Shown here: in pieces, positions 28,302-38,210 of the stretch
Layout: every line of letters begins with the position of its first letter
Numbering within the stretch: the first letter of the stretch is position 1
Assembly: GCA_964531735.1 (NCBI GenBank)
Contig: CAZHGD010000013.1
Coordinates: forward strand, 12,510-76,509
Origin: an uncultured Fimbriimonadaceae bacterium
GTDB taxonomy: Bacteria > Armatimonadota > UBA10988
Direction of reading: 5' to 3'
Length of the DNA: 64,000 bases
The notes under the pieces: generated by a model
The model's database searches: none
What the model saw: only the letters and a program-made list of their open reading frames with translations
Told to the model about the DNA's origin: nothing
Program-made: the position numbers and the translations under genes

Positions 28302-28712
28302 ATGAATGCAGTCATCCCCGACGCGGGATTCCACCACGTGGCGGTGCGAACCACCGACTATGAGCGGAGTCTGAGTTACTACCGCGATCTGCTCGGCATG
28401 GCCGTGGCGGCCGCTTGGTCCGCGCCCGATGGGCGGCAACTCGCCCTCCTCGACATCGGTGACGGCTCCTGCGTCGAGCTGATTGGTGCCGCTGCCGGCG
28501 CCGCGGCACCCGAAGGGCAGGCTGGCGCGCCGTACCTGCATCTGGCCATCCGCACGAGTGATCCGGATGTTGTCTGGCAGCGTGCAACGGCAGCCGGCTA
28601 TGAGAGCGTTGTCGATCCGAAGGACGTGCAGTTGGGCGAGATGCAGGCCCGAATCGCGTTCTTCAAAGGGCCGAACGACGAGGTGATCGAACTGTTCAGC
28701 CCGCGGGCATAG
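28302..28712 (+). CDS. VOC/glyoxalase-family protein
   Basis: MNAVIPDAGFHHVAVRTTDYERSLSYYRDLLGM...YLHLAIRTSD...EVIELFS is the paired betaalphabetabetabeta module fold signature. Confidence 0.75.
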   Translation: MNAVIPDAGFHHVAVRTTDYERSLSYYRDLLGMAVAAAWSAPDGRQLALLDIGDGSCVELIGAAAGAAAPEGQAGAPYLHLAIRTSDPDVVWQRATAAGYESVVDPKDVQLGEMQARIAFFKGPNDEVIELFSPRA

Positions 28713-28732
28713 GCGAGGCTCAGTCAGCGAGC

Positions 28733-28755
28733 GGCCAGAATGGCTAATTCTGGCC
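28733..28755 (+). terminator. Stem-loop (9-bp stem, GGCCAGAAT / ATTCTGGCC) 20 nt after the VOC gene stop; terminator-like, no U-tract
   Basis: Perfect inverted repeat seen directly. The missing T-run lowers confidence. Confidence 0.3.
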
Positions 28756-28833
28756 GTAACGATGAGGTGAGACCAACAGTCTGAAGCTCAGGCGCCGGAG
28801 TTCGCGCTGAGCGGCGCGGCGGCGAGGCCAGTG

Positions 28834-29220
28834 ATGAGCCGCTTCAAGGTATTGCTGGTTGAGGATGACGTCGGTGTGCGCGAGGTACTGTCCGCGTACC
28901 TCGCCGTCGATGGCTATGACGTCGTCGAAGCCGGCGACGGCGTCGAAGGGCTGGACTTGGCCATCAGCGACGCGCCCGACCTGATCGTCACCGACATCAT
29001 GATGCCCAACCTCGATGGGCTCGGGTTGGTCAAGCGCTTGCGGCAGGACGACACGCTGCGGCAGATCCCCGTCCTGCTCATCTCCGGGCACTGCGATTCG
29101 CCGGGCAACATGAACACCGACCCGCACAACGGGCAAGTGGCTTTCCTGCCCAAGCCGATCAGCCTCGGTGGCTTCCTCGCCGCCGTTCACAAACTGCGTC
29201 GGACCAAAGCCCAGGTCTGA
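28834..29220 (+). CDS. Single-domain response regulator (CheY-like REC)
   Basis: KVLLVEDDVGVREVL...DLIVTDIMMPNLDGLGLVKRLRQ...KPI carries the D/D/K phosphoacceptor context. Confidence 0.85.
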   Translation: MSRFKVLLVEDDVGVREVLSAYLAVDGYDVVEAGDGVEGLDLAISDAPDLIVTDIMMPNLDGLGLVKRLRQDDTLRQIPVLLISGHCDSPGNMNTDPHNGQVAFLPKPISLGGFLAAVHKLRRTKAQV

Positions 29221-29222
29221 GG

Positions 29223-32213
29223 TCACTTCACGCGCACGAACTCGAAACGGTCGATCCAGACGCCCTTGACCGCGCTCTTCTGCGTCTTGAGGTCGAACCG
29301 GCCGGGCCCGGCCCAGACCCAGTGATCGGTCTCGGGTACCCAGGCGGTCAGGTCGTACCACTGGTAGCCATCCTTCACCGCGGTGACCGGCACGTTGACC
29401 TCGCCCCAGCCGCGGCGGCGCACCGTGTCGTAGACGCCGGCCCAGAAGGCCAACCCGGTGTCGGCGGCCCTTTCGACCCGAATGCGCGCGCGCGCCTGGT
29501 ACTTGGCCTCGGGGACGAACATCCGCGCATCGATCAGGTACTGCACGCACCACTCGTAGTGCGTGTTGGTCATCATCATCGCATAGCCGTCGGTGGCCGC
29601 AGCGTCGGGCACCAGGTCGCCCCAGGTGCCGGGCCGGCTGATCGAGATGAATGCGCTGGGCACGACGATGCGGTCGGCGCGATGCGCGTCGACGGCTTCG
29701 CCCGGCCGTGACGGCAGGTCGGCGACCTTGGCCAGCGGTGACATCTCCAGCGGCAGGCGCAAGGGCTGGCCGGGCACCAGTGCCGCCGGCACCACCAGGT
29801 ACAACCGGACCAGGGCCGGATCGGTGCCGACCTCGACCAGCAGGCGTTCGGCGGTGACCTCGGGCAGCGTCAGCCGGAGCCCGCGGCCGCCGGCGCCGGC
29901 GATGGTCAGCGCGCCCTTCAGTTCGTTGCCCGGAATGCTCCAGGTCGCGCGTGTCTGGTCGGCCGGCACCACGAGCGTCCGCCAGTCGCCCGTGCCGACG
30001 CGCAGATGGACGACGGCCGTGGGTCCGACGTCGAGCGCACAGCGCCAGGTGAGGGCCGTTTGGCGCGCGCCGGCCACCGACCATTCGGTCGATAGGCGAG
30101 CCGTGTCGGCCGTGACCGTGACCACGCGATCGGTACGCTCTCGCCCGTGGCCCTGGCGTCGGAGCACGAGCCGGCCGGGCTTGTTCTCCAAAGTGCGGTA
30201 GCTGGCCTCGTCGGGTCGGTTCAACCGGAAGCGGCCCTCGATGGTGTCGACACCGCCCGCAGCCGAGCTCACGTACTCGGCGCCGTTGAGGGTCAGCGAG
30301 AGCAGCGCGCCGTTGGCCTCGCCAATCGCGCCGGCAGACAGCGCGCCGCTACTGACCCGCTCCATCGGCATGCCGGCGGTCCGCGAGCGGTAGAGCGAGA
30401 GCACCGCCCGGTGCCGCTCTTCGCTCTCCGCAATGCGCATGCGGCCCTCCTCGAGCCGCCGCAGCGCCTCGGTCGCCAGCTCGGCGTAGGCCGGGTCGAC
30501 TCCCTCGGCGCGCAGCACGCCGTCGCGCAGCACGCGCTTCACCTTCATCGCGGGCCAGCGCTCCAGCTTCGCGTAGAGGACCGGCAGGCCGCTCATCCGG
30601 ACGCGGTAGAGCGCCTTCGGGTCGTCCTTGACCCGGCGCTCCGCCTCGGCCCACAGCTTGGTCGCGCGCTCGAAGAAGGCGTCGCTGTAGAACGGCGACT
30701 TCATCGACTGCCAGATGAACAGGTGGGTCTTCTCGTCCTTGACCAGCGCCTGGAGCTCGTCGAAGTAGGTGCGGACCGGTTCGGCGGCCGCACCGTAGTA
30801 GCCACTGAAGAAGTCGTCGTAGAGCTTGTCGACGCTCTGGTCCGGATTCCAGAGCAGTTGCGCCAGCAGCCAGCCACGCAACTCGCCGAACTCGCCGTGC
30901 GCGCCCTGGTAGGCGCCTTGCTCGAACAGGCCGACCACATGGTTGTCGCGGAAGAACTGCACGTTGCCTTGCAGGCAGCCGAAGTTCGGGTGCGGACCGA
31001 CGTAGTGGCCGAAGTTGGTAGTGTAGTCCCAGACGTAGAGCTTGTCGGTCATGCCGGACCAGCCGCGGATCTCCTGCACGAACCGCTTGTTCTGCTCGTG
31101 CTGGCTGAGCGGCAGCGGCTTCGAGAAGTCGCACTCGATGCTGCACAGCCGGGGCACCACATTGCGCCGCGGCGAGAGCGTCTTGGGCGGGCGGCGGGTG
31201 TACTGGTAGGCCAGCGTCTCGATCCACACGTTGGGGAACTCGCGCTCGACGGCCTCGGCGATCTGGTTGACCGCAAACAGCAGCGAACCGGCGGGAGTGC
31301 CCTCGCGCTCGTCGATGGCGCGGCACCGCGCGCAGGTGCAGTTGTTGCCCCAGTCGTTCTGGCTGACGCTGAACAGCTTGCCGGTCGGGTCCTTGCGGAT
31401 CCGGGCCAGGACCCGCTCGGTGAGGATGCGGATGACGTCCGGATGGGTCCAGCAGAGCTGCGCGTGCTCGGCGACGCGCTGGCCCTTGAGCTCGCTGTAG
31501 TACTCGGGGTGCGGGCCGAAGAACTCCTCGGGCGGCATGAGCGGGTAGGCGGTGTGGACGAACAGACCGCCGCCGAAACGGATCTTGCCGCCGTGGCGCG
31601 CTTCGAGCCGCATGGAGCTGCCGTTGGCCTTGTTCCGGGCGGCCTGGTCGCCGTCGAACATGTCCCACCAGAACGGCTCGCGCATCGCGAAGGCGGGGGT
31701 CTGGGTCTCGTCCAACTCCGGCAGCGTCCAGGTCTTGCGCTGTGGGATGACGCTGTGGAAGCTGGCATACCAGCGGCAGCCGCCGTACTTGCTCAGCAAC
31801 TCGTAGACACCGTAGAGCGTGCCGCGGACCGGGGAGCCGAGGATGAGCAGCTGCCCACGGCGCGTCACCAGTCGGAAGCCGTCATCGCCCAGCTTGCCCA
31901 ACTCGAGCGGTGCGCCGAGCGCCGCCGCGGAATGGCGGGTCTCACCGAGCAGGATGGCCTTGGCCGGCAGCGGGGCCTCATCGCTGATGATGGCCAGTTC
32001 GGCGCCGGTCATCTGCTTGGTGAAGCGGCGGAGTTCCTCGGCGGCATGGAGCTGCGAGGGAGAGGCCTGCGCGGGCCGGACGATCTGGTAGGCGGAGGCA
32101 CCGTCGCGTGCCAGCTCCAGGCTGTTCTGTGCACCAGCCTGTCGTGCCAAGACCGCACCGGCGGCCACGGCGGCGCCCGTGCGCAGGAAGTCGCGTCGAT
32201 CGATCCCGGCCAT
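29223..32213 (-). CDS. Tat-secreted DUF4838-domain protein, putative glycoside hydrolase
   Basis: MAGIDRRDFLRTGAAVAAGAVLA is a twin-arginine signal. ATG at 32213 follows GGGAG. The ORF-track start at 32243 is a GTG extension. 996 aa with a long conserved central region. Confidence 0.7.
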   Translation of the reverse strand: MAGIDRRDFLRTGAAVAAGAVLARQAGAQNSLELARDGASAYQIVRPAQASPSQLHAAEELRRFTKQMTGAELAIISDEAPLPAKAILLGETRHSAAALGAPLELGKLGDDGFRLVTRRGQLLILGSPVRGTLYGVYELLSKYGGCRWYASFHSVIPQRKTWTLPELDETQTPAFAMREPFWWDMFDGDQAARNKANGSSMRLEARHGGKIRFGGGLFVHTAYPLMPPEEFFGPHPEYYSELKGQRVAEHAQLCWTHPDVIRILTERVLARIRKDPTGKLFSVSQNDWGNNCTCARCRAIDEREGTPAGSLLFAVNQIAEAVEREFPNVWIETLAYQYTRRPPKTLSPRRNVVPRLCSIECDFSKPLPLSQHEQNKRFVQEIRGWSGMTDKLYVWDYTTNFGHYVGPHPNFGCLQGNVQFFRDNHVVGLFEQGAYQGAHGEFGELRGWLLAQLLWNPDQSVDKLYDDFFSGYYGAAAEPVRTYFDELQALVKDEKTHLFIWQSMKSPFYSDAFFERATKLWAEAERRVKDDPKALYRVRMSGLPVLYAKLERWPAMKVKRVLRDGVLRAEGVDPAYAELATEALRRLEEGRMRIAESEERHRAVLSLYRSRTAGMPMERVSSGALSAGAIGEANGALLSLTLNGAEYVSSAAGGVDTIEGRFRLNRPDEASYRTLENKPGRLVLRRQGHGRERTDRVVTVTADTARLSTEWSVAGARQTALTWRCALDVGPTAVVHLRVGTGDWRTLVVPADQTRATWSIPGNELKGALTIAGAGGRGLRLTLPEVTAERLLVEVGTDPALVRLYLVVPAALVPGQPLRLPLEMSPLAKVADLPSRPGEAVDAHRADRIVVPSAFISISRPGTWGDLVPDAAATDGYAMMMTNTHYEWCVQYLIDARMFVPEAKYQARARIRVERAADTGLAFWAGVYDTVRRRGWGEVNVPVTAVKDGYQWYDLTAWVPETDHWVWAGPGRFDLKTQKSAVKGVWIDRFEFVRVK

Positions 32214-32356
32214 CTGTTCAGCTCCCGCGCGGATATGTGCCACGCGCGGGCCGGCGTGTCAACCCGGATCGAGCGGGCCGGTGCGCCGGGTGCCCCAGCA
32301 ACTCGTGGCAGGACAGTGCCGCACCAGGGCCAAACCAGGCGCTACGGAAGAACGAT

Positions 32357-35300
32357 ATGCGCTCCCTGGTTATGCTCCTTGCCGCGCTCGGAGTGGCCTG
32401 TGCCCAGAGCGATGTGGGCCGTGAGTTGGTGACCAACGGCAGCTTCGAGGCCCACACCAAGGAGGCGCAGTGGCCGGATGGCTACCAAGGCGACCGGCGC
32501 GCGGTGCAGTACTTGGCCGAGGACGGCAACCGCTTCGTGCGCATCGAGAGCCGCGTGCCGGGGCAAGCCACCAACGGCTCGGTCGGCCAGACGCTGCGGA
32601 TCGCGCCCGACTGGTTCCGCTTGCGCGTGCGCATCAAGGTGCGGCTGAAGGACGTCGTCCGTGGCACCGAGGGCTGGCATGACGCGCGCGTCGCCATGAG
32701 CTTTCACGACGCTGCCGGCAAGCAGGTGGGCGGCTGGCCCAACGTGATGAACTGGTCTGGCTCCACGGACGGCTGGACCGTGCAGGAGCGGCTGTACAAG
32801 GTGCCCGACGGCGCCACCGAGTTGCGCATCACGCCGGCGCTGTTCAGCGCCACCGGCCGCGTCGATTTCGACGATTTCTCCGTGACCGTGGTCTCGCTGC
32901 GCCCTAAGCTGGAGGACGCGCCGCTGCCGGAGGGCGTGGTGGCCGAGTGGGGGCTGGCGAAGGCCTGGCGCGAGCGAACGGGTCAGCGCGAGCGCGTCTG
33001 CCTGAATGGGCTCTGGCGCTTCTGTCCGCAGCTCGGGGCTCTGCCGGCAGCGCCCCGGCGGCCGGCGAATGGGCAAGGGTGGGGCTGGCTGAAGGTGCCG
33101 GCGGCCTGGCCGGGACGCGGGCTGGAGGTCACCAAGCCGCTGGGTCCGGACATCTGGGAGAACCTGTTCGAGTGGAGCAAGCTCACCGCGGGCTGGTACG
33201 AGCGCGAGATCACGGTGCCTGCGGACTGGGCCGGGCGCAAGACCGCGCTGACCATCGACATGCCGCAGACCGAGGCCCTGGTCCTCGTGGATGGCCAACC
33301 AGTCGGCTCGGTGCGTTGGCCGGCCGGGCGGGTGGATCTGTCGGGCGTGCTCCAGCCCGGCCAGCAGGCGCGGTTGACGGTGCTGGTGACGACGGATCCG
33401 CTGGCCAAGGAGCGGCTGGTGGCGATGCGCGAGGACTTCGTCGAGAAGATCCGCGCCGAAGTGCGGTTCCGCGGTCTCTGCGGCGACCTGTTCCTGGTCG
33501 CCGAACCGAGCGGAGCGCGGCTGGGCACTGTCCAGGTGCGACCGTCGGTGCGGCGCCAGGCACTGGGCCTGAGCGCGCGGCTGGCCGACCTGGACGCCGG
33601 TGCCACGTACCACCTGGAAGCCGTGGCCAGTCGCAACGGCGAAGAGGCGTGGCGCGGGCGTAGCGGCACGCTGGGCGGGGCCGGACAGGGCGACTTCACC
33701 TGCCAGTTGCCGTGGCCGCAACCGGCTCTGTGGGACTTCGAGCGGCCGAACCTCTACGACCTCGACGTGTCGCTCCGCAATGCCGCCGGCGAAGTGCTCG
33801 ACACCATGCGGACGCGGTTCGGCTTCCGCGAGTTCTGGATCGAGGGCCGCGACCTGATGCTCAACGGGCGGCCGGTGCACTGGCGCGCCGCCGACTACCA
33901 CGCCGTGTCGCACGATGGCGGCGTCACCAAGCCGTTCGCGAGGCGCGCCTTTGCGCGCCTGCGCAGCCTCGGGTTCAACTTCATCATTCTGGGCAACTAC
34001 GGGCTCGATCCGGGCCAGACCCCGGCGTTCGGCGAGTTGCTGGAGGCCGCCGACGAGGCCGGTTTCGCGCTCTCGTTCAGCCTGCCGCACGTGTTCAGCG
34101 AGTTCACCGACCGCCGCCAGGGCCTCGGCGACGACTGGCAGAAGGTGGCCCGCTACGCGGTCGAAACGGTGGGCAACCATCCCAGTGTCCTGGCCTATGC
34201 AGCCAACCACAACCGCTTGGGCTACTACGGCGACCAGAACCCCGAGAAGATGGATGGCGTGCACCAGCACGAGCCGCCGAAGGCGGCGAGCCCCTGGTTC
34301 TACCAGGGCCGCGAACGGGCGGCCGAAGGCGAGGCGTTCGTGCGCCGCCTCGATCCCACGCGCGAGCTGTACCACCACCAGTCCGGGCACATGGGGGCGT
34401 GGCACACGGTCAACATCTATCTCAACTGGAGCCCCGCGCAGGAGCGCAGCGAGTGGCTCAGCCACTGGGCGCAGAGCGGGCGCAAGCCACTGTTCTTCGT
34501 GGAGTGGGGGCCACCGCACCAGGCCTCCTGGGGCGGACACCGCCAAGGGCCGTTCATCTGGCGGAACAAGGTCAACTCGGAGCCACTGGCGGTCGAATAC
34601 GGCGCCATGCACACCGGCGATGCGGCCTACGAGCCGGACCCGGTCGCCGAACGCTATGTGGACACCTACGAACGCGTCTATGCCAAGCGCGAGCCGTTCC
34701 ACATCAGCCAGGTGTTCAGCCCGCTGTGGGGTGCGGTCCACGAGCGCAACTACATCGAGCTGAAGTCGCTCTACACCGACATCGTCTGGCCGCGCCTGCG
34801 CACCTGGGGCATCTCGGCGATTCTGCCGTGGGACCAGGGCGATGTCGCCCTGGCACCGGGCGACTCCGCTGCCGAGTACCCGGTCGCCACTGACTGGGCG
34901 GCACTGCAGCGGCCCGGGCGCGCGCCGGACTTCGAGCGCACCGGTGGCGACTACTTCCAGTCGCGGCGCGAGAACTGGATGCTGACGTCGTTCGGCCGGA
35001 GCTTCCAGCGCTGGAACCAGCCGGTCATCGCCTACCTGGCCGGCGCGCCGGAGCGCTTCACCGAGCGCGAACACAACGTGCGCCCGGGGCAGCGAATCAC
35101 CAAGCAGGCCATCCTGGTGAACGATAGCGCCGACACCGTGACGGCCGCGTTCTCCTGGTACCTGACCGTCGGCCGGACGACCTTGGCGACTGGCGACGGC
35201 ACGCTGACGGCACCGGCGGGCGGGCAGCAGCGCGTGCCGTTCACCGTGACCGTGCCGGCCGAGCCGCGCGGTGAGTTCACGCTGTCGTTGGTGGTCCGCC

Positions 35301-37132
35301 TGCCCGAGCCGCAGGCCGACTCGCTCAAGTTGCACTCGTTGGCGGCGCAGCCGGCACACGAGGGCCGTCTGGCGGTGTTCGATCCGCACGGGCTCACGCT
35401 GGCTGCGCTCAAGGCGGCCGGCGTGGCCGCCACGCCGGTCACCGCGGAGAGCAACCTGGAAGGGTTCGACGGCTTGGTGCTTGGGCGTGAGGCGATCACG
35501 CTCGACAACCGCCTGCCGGACCTGGCGGCGCACCTCGCGCGCGGCGGGCGCGTGGTGGTCATGGAGCAGTCGGAGCAGGCGCTCACGCGTCGTTGCGGGT
35601 TCCGCTGCAACGATCCGTCGTTGCGGCAGGCCTTCGTGCGGGTCGCCGGCCATGTGGCGCTGGACGGTCTGACGAACCCGCTGCTCGCCGACTGGTGCGG
35701 CTCGGCGACGCTGTTGCCGGACAGACTACCGCTGCCGGCGGCGGAGTTGAGCGACCCGCCGAAGGACTGGCTGGGCTTCGCCAACACGCGCGTCTGGAAG
35801 TGGGGCAATGCCGGCCAGGTGGCCTCGGTGGTGATCGAGAAGCCACAGCGCGGTGACTTCACCAGCGTGATCGAGGGCGGCTTCGACCTGCAGTACGCCG
35901 CACTGCTGCAGCAGCGCCTGAGCGTTGGCGAGATCCTCTGGTGCCAGATGGATGTGACCGGACGCACCAAGGCGGATCCGGCGGCCGAACAGCTCTTCGC
36001 CAACCTGCTCTCCTGGTGCGGCCAGCGGCTCAAGCGGCGACCCGCCTTGGTGGCGCGGTATGTGGGCGGCGAGGACGGTGCGGCACTGCTGCGGTCGCTG
36101 GGCGCCCAGCACACCATCGTGCCGGCGGCGTCCGCCGCGGGCGACGGCGTGGTGGTCGTCGGGCCGGGCGTCGGTGCCTCGCTCGGCCCGCACAAGGCCG
36201 CCATCAGTGCCGCGGTCGAGCGTGGCGCGACGGTGGTGGTGCTACCGCAGAAGGCCGACGGTCTGACCGGCTGGCTGCCCTTCGAGGTGCAGACCAAGAC
36301 CGACCGGCGGACGGTGTCACCGGTGCCGGCCGGGCGCTGGTTCGTCGGACTCGGGCCGGGCGACCTGCACTGGCGCGGGCGGCGCGAGGTGCTGTTGGTG
36401 GGCACCGACGGCCTCGCGCCGAACGTGGTCAACGCGGTGCCGCACGGACGGGGCGCATACGTGTTCTGTCAGGTTGTGCCGACCGACTTCGACTACCGCG
36501 ACGAGTACCGCGTCTACCTCAAACGCACGGCCAACCGTACGGCCGTGATGCTCAGTCGCCTGCTGGCCAACGCCGGCGCGGCCTTCGAGACGCCGGTGGA
36601 GGGCTGGACCACGCCGGCGCCGCCGCCGGCCGAACTGGCTGGCGAGTGGCAGGCGGTGCGCGATGAGCAGGGCCGGTTCCAGGTCGGCGACCTGGTGCCG
36701 ACGCTGCCGTGGCGCAAGCTGAACGTGCCGGGCACCTTCGAGGCGCAGGTGCCCGAGTGGGCCAACTACGACGGCGTGATCTGGTACCGTCGTACCTTCG
36801 AGTGGCGCGGGCCGACCGACCGGACGGCGACGCTGCGGCTGGGCAAGGTGGACGACGAGGACTGGACCTTCGTCAACGGCGAAGCGGTCGGTCACATCGG
36901 CCAGGACACCCATCCCACCAACTACTGGTCGGCGCCGCGTCTGTATGCGCTGCGGCCCGGTCTGCTGAAGGCCGGCGCCAACACCATCGTGGTGAAGGTG
37001 CGTGACCTGCGTCAGAGCGGCGGGATCGTCAGCGGGCCGGTGGACGTGCGACTGCCGGACCGCTGGCTCAGCTCGTACTACCTGGACACGCCCGCGCAAC
37101 TCGACGACCCGTACCGCTACAACCGCTGGTAA
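32357..37132 (+). CDS. Secreted 1591-aa multidomain glycoside hydrolase: N-terminal CBM_4_9-like domain, GH2-like sugar-binding/TIM-barrel core, C-terminal galactose-binding-like domain
   Basis: Signal peptide MRSLVMLLAALGVACAQSD from the ATG at 32357. NGSFE...W CBM-like block. LNGLWRF GH2 sugar-binding motif. C-terminal WRKLNVPGTFEAQVPEWANYDGVIWYRRTF repeats the GH2 N-domain pattern. Strong GC3 bias across 4.8 kb. The antisense 1103-aa ORF is rejected. Confidence 0.75.
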   Translation: MRSLVMLLAALGVACAQSDVGRELVTNGSFEAHTKEAQWPDGYQGDRRAVQYLAEDGNRFVRIESRVPGQATNGSVGQTLRIAPDWFRLRVRIKVRLKDVVRGTEGWHDARVAMSFHDAAGKQVGGWPNVMNWSGSTDGWTVQERLYKVPDGATELRITPALFSATGRVDFDDFSVTVVSLRPKLEDAPLPEGVVAEWGLAKAWRERTGQRERVCLNGLWRFCPQLGALPAAPRRPANGQGWGWLKVPAAWPGRGLEVTKPLGPDIWENLFEWSKLTAGWYEREITVPADWAGRKTALTIDMPQTEALVLVDGQPVGSVRWPAGRVDLSGVLQPGQQARLTVLVTTDPLAKERLVAMREDFVEKIRAEVRFRGLCGDLFLVAEPSGARLGTVQVRPSVRRQALGLSARLADLDAGATYHLEAVASRNGEEAWRGRSGTLGGAGQGDFTCQLPWPQPALWDFERPNLYDLDVSLRNAAGEVLDTMRTRFGFREFWIEGRDLMLNGRPVHWRAADYHAVSHDGGVTKPFARRAFARLRSLGFNFIILGNYGLDPGQTPAFGELLEAADEAGFALSFSLPHVFSEFTDRRQGLGDDWQKVARYAVETVGNHPSVLAYAANHNRLGYYGDQNPEKMDGVHQHEPPKAASPWFYQGRERAAEGEAFVRRLDPTRELYHHQSGHMGAWHTVNIYLNWSPAQERSEWLSHWAQSGRKPLFFVEWGPPHQASWGGHRQGPFIWRNKVNSEPLAVEYGAMHTGDAAYEPDPVAERYVDTYERVYAKREPFHISQVFSPLWGAVHERNYIELKSLYTDIVWPRLRTWGISAILPWDQGDVALAPGDSAAEYPVATDWAALQRPGRAPDFERTGGDYFQSRRENWMLTSFGRSFQRWNQPVIAYLAGAPERFTEREHNVRPGQRITKQAILVNDSADTVTAAFSWYLTVGRTTLATGDGTLTAPAGGQQRVPFTVTVPAEPRGEFTLSLVVRLPEPQADSLKLHSLAAQPAHEGRLAVFDPHGLTLAALKAAGVAATPVTAESNLEGFDGLVLGREAITLDNRLPDLAAHLARGGRVVVMEQSEQALTRRCGFRCNDPSLRQAFVRVAGHVALDGLTNPLLADWCGSATLLPDRLPLPAAELSDPPKDWLGFANTRVWKWGNAGQVASVVIEKPQRGDFTSVIEGGFDLQYAALLQQRLSVGEILWCQMDVTGRTKADPAAEQLFANLLSWCGQRLKRRPALVARYVGGEDGAALLRSLGAQHTIVPAASAAGDGVVVVGPGVGASLGPHKAAISAAVERGATVVVLPQKADGLTGWLPFEVQTKTDRRTVSPVPAGRWFVGLGPGDLHWRGRREVLLVGTDGLAPNVVNAVPHGRGAYVFCQVVPTDFDYRDEYRVYLKRTANRTAVMLSRLLANAGAAFETPVEGWTTPAPPPAELAGEWQAVRDEQGRFQVGDLVPTLPWRKLNVPGTFEAQVPEWANYDGVIWYRRTFEWRGPTDRTATLRLGKVDDEDWTFVNGEAVGHIGQDTHPTNYWSAPRLYALRPGLLKAGANTIVVKVRDLRQSGGIVSGPVDVRLPDRWLSSYYLDTPAQLDDPYRYNRW

Positions 37133-37144
37133 GGAGCAAGGCTG

Positions 37145-38191
37145 GTGGACCTCAGGTACAAGCACAACTGGCCCGAGACCCGCGAGCGCATGGCTGCGTG
37201 GTGGCAGGGCGAAGCCATCGACCGGCCCTGCATCTCAGTGAGCGCGCCGGCGCGACCGGCTCGGGCGGTGCCGGCGCCGCCGGATCACCAGGCGCGCTGG
37301 ACCGACCCGGAGTATGTGGCTCAGGCCTATGACGCCGGTCACGAAGCCACCTACCATGGCGGCGAAGCGCTGCCCGGCACCTCGCTGATGGTCGGCTACT
37401 GCTTCGGCTACGGAGCGCCGTTGCACTACTCGGAGCAGACCGTCTGGCAGGAGCCCATCCTCGCCTCCTGTGAGGCGGCGGCCGATCTGGTGCTCGCCGA
37501 GGATGATTGGGCTTGGTGCCAGGTCCAGCGCGTGGTCAGGCGCTGTGCCGAGGTGGCGGCCGGCAAGTGGCACGTCGGCTGGCCGAACCTCCACCAACCG
37601 AACGACCATCTGGCACTGCTGCGCGGCTCCGAGGCCATGCTGATGGACATGGTCGACCACCCGGCAGCGGTGAAGCGCGGGCTGCGGCGACTGGTCGACA
37701 ACTGGTACCGGATGCACGAGCGACTGATGGGCGTGCTCAACCAGACCCAGGACGGGGCCTCGAGCTGGTTGCCGATTTGGTGTCCGGGCGCGAAGAGCCT
37801 GACGCTCCAGAGCGACGTGTCGTGCACGCTGTCGCCGGCGATGTTCGAGGAGTTCATCGCACCCGAGATCGAGGAGTTGGCCGACTATCTGGATGGCGCC
37901 ATCTACCATCTGGACGGTCCGGGCGCGCTGCAGCACCTGGACCGGCTGCTGGCGGTTCGCGGTCTGCGCGCCATCCAGTGGACGCCCGGCACGGGGCACG
38001 CCGACGGACTGGCCTGGCTCGATCTCTTCCGGCGCATCCAGGAGGCGGGCAAGGGCGTGGTGGCCTACCTCGCCTATGACGAGGTGTGGCAAGCGGCGCG
38101 CGAGTTGCGCCCGGAGCACCTGTTCATCATGACCTGGGCGCCGAGCGTCGACGCGGCCGAGGCGCTGTTGGAGCGGGTGGCTCGCGGGTGA
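37145..38191 (+). CDS. Hypothetical protein (348 aa), possibly URO-D-like TIM barrel; function unknown
   Basis: AAGGAG sits 8 nt upstream of the GTG at 37145. GC3 bias is good. There is no confident family match from sequence alone. Confidence 0.6.
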   Translation: MDLRYKHNWPETRERMAAWWQGEAIDRPCISVSAPARPARAVPAPPDHQARWTDPEYVAQAYDAGHEATYHGGEALPGTSLMVGYCFGYGAPLHYSEQTVWQEPILASCEAAADLVLAEDDWAWCQVQRVVRRCAEVAAGKWHVGWPNLHQPNDHLALLRGSEAMLMDMVDHPAAVKRGLRRLVDNWYRMHERLMGVLNQTQDGASSWLPIWCPGAKSLTLQSDVSCTLSPAMFEEFIAPEIEELADYLDGAIYHLDGPGALQHLDRLLAVRGLRAIQWTPGTGHADGLAWLDLFRRIQEAGKGVVAYLAYDEVWQAARELRPEHLFIMTWAPSVDAAEALLERVARG

Positions 38192-38210
38192 GCCGGTAGT
38201 GGAGAAGGCA

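Noticed and set aside
32342-35653. 1103-aa minus-strand ORF antisense to the large CBM-GH gene
   Set aside because: Its translation is an Arg/Pro/Ala/Gly-rich low-complexity string with no domain motifs. The opposite strand carries clear GH2-like motifs and strong GC3 bias. This is a typical antisense open frame of a 70% GC genome.
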